The translations under genes and the position numbers were made by a program. From Nemertoderma westbladi (taxonomy: Eukaryota; Animalia; Xenacoelomorpha), in assembly GCA_032718475.1 (NCBI GenBank), contig JAUCBJ010000989.1, positions 49,339-113,338 of the forward strand: DNA of 64,000 nucleotides, in the 5' to 3' direction. The notes beneath the pieces are model-generated. The model did not search any database. It was not told the DNA's origin and worked only from the letters and a program-made list of their open reading frames with translations. Each line of letters opens with the position of its first letter. Within the stretch, counting starts at the first letter, position 1. This document shows positions 36,117 through 46,500 of the stretch, one piece after another.

Positions 36117-36918
36117 GTTTTACCATATGCAAAGTACTCCATTTTCTCCCGATTTCCTGATATTCGAGAAAAAAAAGTAACAATTTAAGAAGACAGTATT
36201 TTAATATAAATTTTGAGTATTTCTCACGACAATGTAATTCGTATAATTCAACAAATTTATTTTGCAGGGATTGCGAATTGCTGCTTGGTCAATCCCTTTT
36301 ATATTTACTTAACAGACTAAAAGTGAGAATATAAATCGAGGGTCAAGTTCAATAGCGTAGGAAAAATAATGTATGTAGGTGATCTGTAGGACTGCTGGGC
36401 CTGGGAGGTGCTGTACATAGCATAATGACGTGTATTGAGGACATACAACACATTCATGAACGGTGTTATTCCCAGGTCTACCTACCGTTTGCCTGTACTG
36501 CGATGGAGAACGTTAGAAACTTAGACTGCAAGAATTCAAATGTTCCGATTTTACTAAACTGCATACTGTAGCGGAAAATAATAATGATAGCCCTGTAGAA
36601 ATCAGACGTTCTACATGCCTTACTAAAAATATACCTACAGTAGATATACAGTATACATAAATACCAGTTATTTATTGCTATAGAACTGTGTTTCCAATGT
36701 AATTGTGTCTATTCTAGAAACTAATTTGTCCGTTCATCATTACTTGCTCACAAATAATATACTAGTATCATGTAATTAGAAGCTAATTAATAAACAATTA
36801 TTTAAAAGTAACAATTAAAACTGAATCTCACTTAAAAACAATTACCTCTTTCTACAGTAGCATAACTTATCATCCCAGTAGTTTATTTAAACATATTTAA
36901 GTACCGGAAGTTATTCTC

Positions 36919-38373
36919 ATGATGGGAGATCAACATGGCCCTTCCAGAAAACAGTCTTCACTGAAGCGACATCTCCCGTGTGGATCAGATAGTGAGAGCG
37001 ACAACGACTTAGGACATAAACGTTATATCCCCGGTGGTGATAGCGAAGATGAAGTCATTGAGATCTCCAAAGAACTGCCAGATAACGAAGGTTCAACATC
37101 AACCCGATACCCTGATTGGGCAGCACTTCCACACGAACTTATTTCTAATTTGTTCAGCTATTTACCAGAATGCGATCGGTTGTCAGCCGGCGGAACTTGT
37201 CTCAAATGGAATGAGGCCCAGAAAGATGCGGGGCTTTGGAGAACGGGAGATATTGCCATCAGTGGAGAACGGCATCACGATAAGAAAGAGATTGAAGTAT
37301 TTAGACAATACGGAGTTCATATGGAAAAAGTTGCAATCCGTTGCTATGGGAGGCTAAGCAATAGACAACAGATGTTATGGCACCTCAGCCAATCAGTGGA
37401 TCATCTTAAGGTATCCCAGCTAAAACAATTCCGTCTATGGATGGCTTCCCTCGGTATCTATGACACAAAAATATCGCAGCATTTAAATGAATTCTTCCGG
37501 TCACAGAAAGAGTTAGAAGACGTGACACTAAGAGATTTGCAAGTAAAGCCTTTAATTGACGGTGTTCGATTAATAGAAAGTTTGGTGAGACACAACCGCG
37601 GATCTTTAAAGAAGATCATAATCGATGAATTAATTCATCCATCTGCCGCATCTACTACGAGGCCCCTATCATCTGCTATGGGACCGCTCACTTCATTGAA
37701 GGCGTTGACGAACCTGAATATCAATTATAACTACTTGAATCCAGATATATTAGAAAGAATTCTGACTAACAGTCCCCATCTAATATTATTGGTACTCCGC
37801 CTAGATCTGACTAGATCTGATAATGTTTTACCTGTTGCTGATAATAACAACAGCCCGTGGAGAAAAGCCAACCCCGAGCTCTCGGTTCATATGCTGTTCT
37901 ACTTCGAGACAGTTGACGTTCATTCGCTGATTCGCTTGATAAAAGGACGACCTCCTCTGACGAAGTTCGAATTAGTTTCAGCTTGGATGGAAACAGGCGA
38001 CGGCTTATCTATCCTATTCCGCTATCTAGGTGATCACATGGACCAATGTCTGAAAGAGTTGGTAATGGAGTGCGGGCAGGATGAAGAAATACGTGTTGAC
38101 TTCGTTTCGATGGTAAGAGATTGTAAGAAGCTAGAGAGCATCACAATTACGATGACTCTCAAAATTGAAGTTGTAACTGATATCTGTGAGCTGAAGTTCC
38201 AGCAAGAAATTATTCCAGAATTAAAGAAGTGTCACATCGCCTTCGCGGGTGTGGATAATGGGGTTGAATTGAGTATCCTGAACCGTCAATGGAATGATAA
38301 GATAAAAGCTAGCGGAGTTGATTTCCGTTTCAATAAGTTCGGAGATCCTATGGAGATGGTCACTGTCGGTTAA
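36919..38373 (+). CDS. F-box/LRR-like protein, 484 aa (unit 2)
   Basis: Paralogue of 21869-23323; six amino-acid differences seen. Confidence 0.88.
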   Translation: MMGDQHGPSRKQSSLKRHLPCGSDSESDNDLGHKRYIPGGDSEDEVIEISKELPDNEGSTSTRYPDWAALPHELISNLFSYLPECDRLSAGGTCLKWNEAQKDAGLWRTGDIAISGERHHDKKEIEVFRQYGVHMEKVAIRCYGRLSNRQQMLWHLSQSVDHLKVSQLKQFRLWMASLGIYDTKISQHLNEFFRSQKELEDVTLRDLQVKPLIDGVRLIESLVRHNRGSLKKIIIDELIHPSAASTTRPLSSAMGPLTSLKALTNLNINYNYLNPDILERILTNSPHLILLVLRLDLTRSDNVLPVADNNNSPWRKANPELSVHMLFYFETVDVHSLIRLIKGRPPLTKFELVSAWMETGDGLSILFRYLGDHMDQCLKELVMECGQDEEIRVDFVSMVRDCKKLESITITMTLKIEVVTDICELKFQQEIIPELKKCHIAFAGVDNGVELSILNRQWNDKIKASGVDFRFNKFGDPMEMVTVG

Positions 38374-40045
38374 TTAGAAGATACTGGAGCTGAATGTCTT
38401 GGATGGTTAAATACAAGACGCTCACTAATTCACGCTCGCCGATTAGCTAATAATTATTAATCGTGTTTATATATTGTATATTCTTACATTATTGGTAACA
38501 AGTAACTAAAAATAGAGTCCTGCAATATTTTATATATTTATATATACAGTATATTTGATACAGCACAACCCCCCCCCCCCCCCCCCCCCCTCCCCACACG
38601 TCACACTGTTATTTTCTTCTGATTGTGCTTGGCAATTATATTAAGATGACCTTGATGAAAGTTACTCGTTTACAAAACATTGGGGTTCTAAAAACTGCTT
38701 AAATTAATAAGGTAACTATTTCATAGCATGAATCATTTTTTTTAATGTTTGTATTAATTATGTACACTTGTACTGTACAGTCGGTCTATATTATTAGCAT
38801 CAACTTTATAATGGAGAGCTTCACCTTCCTACTTGAATAATTCATAAGAAAATTTGTTGATTCTTTAATCCTAAGGCATCTCAAATTGGGATGTACCACT
38901 AAAGTTAGAGGCGGAGTAGCGTTACTATTAACTTCTAGTGCGACTTGGTGTTGTTTCAATACTCGCAGGGCAAGGGAACACGTTCGTGGGGCCTTCGCGC
39001 AGCACGAGGCCCAGTTATTAGATACAAATTAAAATTGAGCGACTGTATCACAAAATCAGGTTTTGAGAAATTTACCCACACCACCAATCAATCAAAGAAA
39101 GAGGGACAGTACGTGTTCACCCCTTTTAATCTGCACCCCCCCCACCCACCCTTCTCAACCACCAATACATAACCGCGACTTCTACCACCCACGGAAGGGT
39201 AGCACGAACTTATTTCCAATCGCACGTTAAATATGCAAAGCCAGGTGGTTTATAGGAATATAATAAACGCAGTACTCGTTTTCATCATAAGCCTCTTTGC
39301 GTTCGTCCTGTTTTGTATTTAAATATATTTCTTAAACGCAGGCTAGGACGATCTTTATAATAATAATAACTAGGGATGCGATCAATATGTGAAGCCAGGT
39401 GGTTTATATAATAATTTAGTCAACGCAGTACTCGTCTTCTTTATATGCCTCGTCGCTTGTCCTGTTTTGTCAAAAAATATTTTTCCTAAACGCAGACTGA
39501 CGATCTTTATACAGTTATAACTATGCGAAGTTTCGAAACTGTGCGAGTAACTGTTGATACATCTATGTGGAGATGTGTGATATGTGGAGATGTGTGATAC
39601 AACGCCAACGCATCTTATGCCGATGTAGTAATATGGGTATTGAAATAATATTAAATGAATGTACACTCTTAAAGCTGCAGCGAAAAAATGTAGCTAATTT
39701 CCTAGGTTACATATAAAATAATAATATTATTTTTAAGAACATTAATTTTACTACTTTGCAAAAATTCATTTAAAAAATAACCAGACATATACATTGTGGA
39801 ATAAACTATTTCAGAAGCCTACAACAGCCATGCCATGGATTGTGGGGCGAGCCACGAAGTGAGTGAGCCTTAGCGTAGTGGTACCATTAATCAACCTGTG
39901 GGGCGAGCCACGAAGTGAGTGAGCCTTAGCGTAGTGGTACCATTAATCAACCTGTCGTTCTGTCGTTCTGTCGCGTTTTTTTCAGTATTTTATTTTAAAC
40001 GTTAATAACTCGGCCAATCCTTGATGAAATCTATCCAAACTTGGT

Positions 40046-41207
40046 TGTAAAAGCTTTTGTGGGATAACTGATTCGTTTGCCTTGCTAACCAGTTCCCCCC
40101 AGGCGCTAGAATACTCTAAAAAGGGATCTATAACTCGAATAGCGCAAGCTACCGGCTGATTGGCTGATTCGCTGTGCGAAGGGATCTGAGCTACGTTTGA
40201 TTGTCCAACCAGCTTGGGAAAGTTGCCCCACAGCCCTGCTTTCTGTATCTGCCAATAGGATTTGAGTTGATTTTGATTTCGACCTATCACAGATCTACTG
40301 AACTGAATTTTCCTATCTGTATGCTCTTTCTCTGTGTTGGGTGGAAGCCTTTGTAAATAAGGTTATTCTTATCAGTTTTCAGTGTTGTTGGTCTTTCTTC
40401 CTGAGCCAAGGAAGAACGGCCTTGGAAATATTTTGTGCCTTTTCTGTTTTAGTCTAACACTAGTAGGCTTAATTATAAGGACATATATCCGTTATCAAAC
40501 TAATGAACACACTGAATCACTGTGCATACGTTTATATTGTTATACTGCTATTTACTGTCAGTTCTTCATAATATGGTTGATGAATTATTATATTTGGAAT
40601 AACGATAAATAACCCCGAAACCCAATATTCTTGATATACCGAAGGTAAGAGAGAAAGGTTACATATAACGATTGTGACTTATGTTAAAGTGGTTTGAAGT
40701 GAATCTAATGTTATTTGATAGACCCTACATGAGTCGGTCCGTGTTCCTTTTATATATAACTAAAATCAGTGAAGATCGGCAGATCAGTGTGCAGTATTGT
40801 GCAGCATTGTGTATGAGTGAGCCTGATAACGAAGCATTTCCTAAAGAATGCGCCATATATGTGAATTATAACTAAGCCATATCGTTGTGAGTAGTTTAAG
40901 TCATAACTCTGTTTGTATAGATAGAGCGCCACGTCCTAAAGGAACTGTTAATATTTCCCGAAGGTGAATAATATTGTCAGAGATTATATAATACTGTCAG
41001 TCGAATAATACATTAAGCTTACATAGCAATAAGATTAAGCCGTCGAACCCAATCTCCCGGGTATATCCAGCGGGTGAATGATCGCGCACAGATTGGTTTC
41101 GACTAGTGTAGTGAATTAAATACTTGTCATAGGCTAAAAGTGATTTATTATCTAGAAGACATCCTAATTTGGCGGGTTAAACTGCCAAAGGTCTAAAAGC
41201 GCGAACA
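40046..41207 (+). repeat. 5' LTR of BEL copy 2
   Basis: TGTAAAAG...GCGAACA; repeat of 57710-58871. Confidence 0.97.
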
Positions 41208-41315
41208 ATAACGGATATATATTCTGTATTGCAGTGTAGGCATTAAATACAGTTTAATATTGTTCTGGTAAGAACAATAACGGATATCGCTTCTTTATTG
41301 CAGTAAGCAATAAAG
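41208..41315 (+). promoter_or_regulatory. Duplicated non-tRNA PBS-equivalent plus hairpin module
   Basis: ATAACGGATATAT (41208-41220) is complementary to LTR 40483-40495; second ATAACGGATAT at 41277-41287; each is followed by a hairpin. Confidence 0.6.
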
Positions 41316-41635
41316 TTGAAAGTACCGGTCAACCGGTAAACCTGAACGGTACTTCAGTAGGTCAGTAGGCCCAACCGCCAGAACCGGTACTGCCGTAGGT
41401 CCAACTGCCAGAACCGGTACTTCTGTAGGTCCGTAGGCCTAACTGTCCTAACCGGTACTTCCCGTATAAGTACATTAGTATTATTCGATTTGATTGTTGT
41501 ATACCGGTAGGCTGTTTAAGAGATTAGGGACTGTACACCCCTTGTTTCTTTTGGAGCTTACTTATTTCTGTCAGTTTTATTTGTTTGTAGGCCAGTATTG
41601 AACAGAAGGCGTGTAAGCCTGATCAGATTGTACGG

Positions 41636-42210
41636 ACAATTTGTAGGCTGAGCTGTTGTCTGATTGCTGTTAAGTCTGAATGGATTGCAGTGTGTAGATC
41701 ACCTGTCCGATAAAGAACGGTTAGGAAGTAGGGGCAGCAAATGCTGTAAGGTAAACCCCCAACTAAAGAATAAGTCGTACTACTGGGTTAGAACGCATAC
41801 TACCTAATCATTTCGGAGTCTGCATGTCCTGTAGTTTATTTAGGCTTGAGAGTAGTCTGCCATCGTTGAGTCTGTACTTTGTTTGTGTAAGTCTGTACGG
41901 GTAGCGTATAATATTTATTCAGATAATTTGTAGGCTGGATAGTTGTCTGGCTGTTATTAGGTCTGAACGGATTGTAGTGTGTGTAGAGCCCTTGTCCGAT
42001 AAAGAACGGTTAGGAAGTAGGGGCAGCCAATGCTGTAAGGTAAACCCCCAATTAAAGAATAAGTCGTACTACTGGGTTAGAACGCATACTACCTAATCAT
42101 TTCGGAGTCTGCATATACCGTAGTTTGTTTAGGCTTGATAGTAGTCTGTCAGTGTTCGGTCTGCATTTTGTTTGAGTGGTTTGTACGCGTAGCGTAATAT
42201 TTATTATTCA
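41636..42210 (+). repeat. ~290-bp tandem duplication in the BEL copy 2 leader
   Basis: aatttgtaggctg...gtccgataaagaacggttaggaagtaggggcagc...tttcggagtctgcat occurs twice; single in copy 1 (~17320-17600). Confidence 0.8.
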
Positions 42211-43143
42211 GAGTTTATGCGATTATTCACAACATTCATTCCCCAAGTTTGTTCCTACAGTAATTGTGTTTGTTATACATACCGCTATAGTTAAATTAAC
42301 CCCGGTACTACACGGGCTGCTTGGCGTAGGTAAAGACTGGTGATTTTGTGCACCGGTCACTCCAGCAGATGCCGTGGTTCTTTTAGCTGTTCAAGTATAT
42401 TTAACTACTGATTATCTGTTGTACAAGTACTCGTACCTAATTTAGGGTTTAGTGTACAGTGCTTTCCGAGAGTAATTAGTGTAGGCATTATATTTGTGTT
42501 GTAAAGTGGTTGATAGGCACGTTCGATTAGCTCTATTAACTTCTAGGTAGGAACACTCCGTGATACATAACGTAGTACCTATAGCGATACGGCTATAGGT
42601 CGTCAGGCGGTGGTATTTTCCTATCTGGACAACGCAGTGTATTTACTACTACTTATTATTTTCAAATACCGTAGTACCCTGTCCGTTGTAATAACCAGAA
42701 TTCTAACCCTTTGTTAGGCTGGTTTGTAGACTTCTTGTAAAATTACCCTAAAAATTCGTATTTTGTGTTTTTGTAAATTTTTGTGTTTATTTAGAGATTG
42801 TAATCTCACCCGAATTGTACGTAATTTGTAGTATTAAGTAACTTAGGTAAATTAGCATTATTTGTTTTAGTGTCCTATAAGTAACACTTCACTGAAAGCG
42901 CACCGCTTTGTGTAGTGATTACTCCCCAGAAATAATAGCATTTATTTCAAACATTGACAAAACCCATTAAAACGGGTATATATATATTATAAATCAAATC
43001 TAACGATTTATAAATAGTAGGCCTACCATACAACCATTAGGTCTCAATATCAGTTGGACTACTGCTCAAATAACGGTAATAAAGTAAGTAAAGTAACAAA
43101 GTAACCCTAAAATTCAGAAATTCAATTATTTAAAATAATTGAT

Positions 43144-43384
43144 ATACCGGTATTTACGATAGGCCTATTATCTTTATTTCTATAAATCTAGGCTGAAATT
43201 ATACCGGTACTTGTAATTAATTCTATTCCAGAATTATAATTATACTACAAAACTGTAAGCTGTATACCGGTATTCCCGATAGGCCTATTATATATTTATA
43301 TATATTTGTGCTAAAATTATACCGGTATTCTGTGATAAACCTAGTCTGTAATAATAGTTATATATACTATAAGCATACCGGTAT
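43144..43384. repeat. Five phased ATACCGGTA(T/C) palindromes upstream of gag
   Basis: Starts at 43144, 43201, 43264, 43319, 43375. Confidence 0.8.
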
Positions 43385-43517
43385 TCTAATATATTATATA
43401 TCACGCTATACTGAGTAGCAGTACCGGTAATTAATTACTAGGCTATCAGTTAATACTGAATTACTAGACTTGCTTAGACTGTAATATAGCAGTAGGCATT
43501 CAACTGTATCCATAAAC

Positions 43518-46500
43518 ATGTCTGATACTAAGCAGAACCTGTCAGACAGTTTATTAGATGTAACTATCTGCGACTCAGATAGAGGCGTAGAACCGTCTAG
43601 TCGTAAGTTCAGTTCACCTCCCACTGTGAGGAAGGTCATCCCTCCAGTAGTAATAAAAGAACCTAGGCTGGTCCAACATCGTAGGTCTATCATAGGCACT
43701 CGAGCTCAGGTCAAGCGGGACAAAGAAGCAGCGGAACAGCAACAACCCGCGAGCCAAGAACTTACTTCTCAACGGCCCAACAGCTCCAGTAGTGAGGATA
43801 CTGTAGAACTGACACCAGAACGCGGAGCAAAGATGATGGATGCGGTTTATTCGGATCCCCTTCTCATCCTTCCTGCAGCCGTACTCACTAGGTTATTGAT
43901 CGCTGTGGAAGAACACCAGATCGATTGGGCGAGAAGCCAGCGTTCAACTAGAGATAGTTATGCTGGATACACAAGGGAAGAACTGAAGTCCATGGTCGAG
44001 TCGCAATGGAACTTCCCCGGACCCGGACTCCCGTTTGATTTATCAGAAGCTGCCTGGGAAGACATACACCTGATGGGAGTAGCCAAAGAAACCATAGATC
44101 CCGCTGTGTGGAAGAGGTCCGCAGCCGGATACGCACAGGGATTCTTCAGCTCTATGGAGCGAGTAAAAGGAAAACTGTTTCAACAACCACAAGGACCTCA
44201 AGAGCAGGGACAACTGCTTTATCAAGTTAGAGAAAGAATTCTACAAATCAGGCTAATATTATCGGCCTTTGAGGAGGCTTCTAAACGAAGACAAGACACG
44301 TCGTTGCAAGTTGCCGTAAAGACTTGGTTTCAAAGGGTGAGTCTCCAGGTTCAAGGAACAGCTCAGTGGAAAGCTCAGCTGGAGGAGCGCTCAACCCATG
44401 GAGAATCAACAGACGCTACTTTTTCCCAAGTGGAAAGTGAAGCGACAGCAGAGAAACCGCATAAGAGGGATGCCATTGACATCTATCTGTCAGACTATCA
44501 ACGTTTTTTAGGTGATGACGAGTTGAGGAGAAGGTTAGATGGACTTAGCCCTAATAGCGAAGGAACTCAGCGTGTGTTGGATGCCATCGATGTGGAAATG
44601 AGGGCTGCGAATCAGGCTAAATTTGATGAACAACTCCGCCTGACACGAGTCCAAGAAGAACAAGTAAAGAAAAAACGTATAGAAGACAGAAAGAAAGCAG
44701 CAGTGGTAGCTGCAGAAGCAAAAAGAAAAGCGGTAGCGGCAGAGGCAGCGGCAGAGGCAAAAGCGGCCGAAGCTGAAAGAAAAGCGGCAGCGGCAGCGGC
44801 AGAAGCAAAAGCGGCCGAAGCTGAAAGAAAGGCGGCCGAGGCTGAAAGAAAGGCCGCAGAGGCAGCGGCAGCGGCAGAAGCAAAGGCGGCCGAAGCTGAA
44901 AGAAAGGCGGCCGAGGCTGAAAGAAAGGCCGCAGAGGCAGTGGCAGATGCCGAACGGAGAGCGACTGAAGAAACCACCCAATTAGAATTGGAAAACATTC
45001 AGGAGAATCAAGACTGCATAAATAAACAGTTAACAGCTAGTAATATGCAGATGATGAATCGATCTACTCCCAAAAGACAGGGATATACATCATCTGAGGA
45101 AGGCGATACCACCGATACTGAAGGCAAAGGAAATAGATCTCGTTTAAGCAGACGTAAAAGAACATTCCACCGTCAGAAATTGCCTGATTTGCCTCCAGCT
45201 GTTAGAAGGCAACTAAATAACACCAACTTAGGTAGTACAGAGCCCACAGACCAAACAATTAAAATAGAAAGACTCCCTACGATAGTAGATGAGCCTGAAA
45301 TAATTAGGCCTGTTCTTGAAATCACCCCTTCGGTGATAGACACACCTGTGCTCCCTGAGACTACCTCTAAATTCCCTCTGCATAGCACTAAGCTACCTGT
45401 GCCCCGTAGAACTGCCCAGGAGACAGTTCAGGTCCTGGACCCCGAGCGAAATATTCATAATTTGTCGCCCGTTGTCCCTCGTCCGCCCGCTACAACGTTG
45501 GCGACTCCCGCTTCGGCGGTCGAATGGGTGGATGAGAGACGGCGGGGGATGGATCTCCTGCTCGGGCAGATGCAGGAGACTGTCCAGCAATTCAAGGGCA
45601 CAGTAAGGGAAAGTAGGCTAGAGTTGCAAGAAGTGCAGCAAAGTATCGCGCTAGAACGCGATAAATTAGTAAATACTCAAAGGGGTATACCACCACCCTC
45701 TGTAACAATGTGTCAACCTGTTAGGTCTGAAGTATCGCATGCGCAAGGTGTGGAGCCTACACGCATCTATACTGCTAGCGAAGTAGAAACTCCTATAGTG
45801 AACCCTATTAAGGGTAATTATAGACCTGTTGATAATGATATTCCATATAGAACTGATCATAATCCGAGAAATTTATATACCGATAACTCGATATTAAATA
45901 ACACGATGGCCCAAGAAAGTTTTACGCGTCAAATGGCTAGAACCGAAGCCCGGCAAGCGGTGAAGGTGGGAGAGATCGTCAAGTTCAATGGAGATGAGAT
46001 GAAATGGTTACCTTTTAATGAATATTACAAAGATAACATACAGAACTCTGTACTATCTAATGGAGAAAAACTTAGATACCTCATCGAGTGCTTGGAAGGA
46101 TCTCCCAAGTTAATGGCGTTAAAATTTATTGGACATCCAGACGGATTAAGACAAGTTTGGGATACACTAAACATCAGGTATGGTAATAGGAATAACATCG
46201 CTGGGTATTTGTATGCAAAGTTGGTAGCGCCCCGAAAGTTTATTAGCAGCGGAATTATCGAGTTTTCCGATGAGATTCAGGAGATCTGTAGACAATTAGA
46301 TTGGCTAGGTAAGTCTCAGGAGTATCAGAATGCTATGGTTATTAGAGCAGTGGCTTCTACTTTACCGAAGGGTGGAGTAGGTACACGCTGGGATAAGAAA
46401 GTGTTATATATGATGGAACAACAACGACGAGACCCTACCATGGCTGATCTCATGTCATTCCTAGATGGAGAAGTGAAATTACAGCTCCTGAAACTGTCCA

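Noticed and set aside
28882-40045. Unit 2 as a pure assembly artefact (uncollapsed haplotype)
   Set aside because: Units differ by independent TE insertions with clean TSDs and a third partial copy exists, so a real tandem array is more likely; read-level confirmation is still needed.
44535-44998. Antisense Ala/Ser/Phe- or Cys-rich ORFs (also 14544-14975, 10482-11081, 48533-49138 and many in the Gypsy ORF)
   Set aside because: Shadow frames of repeats or codon bias within long sense ORFs.
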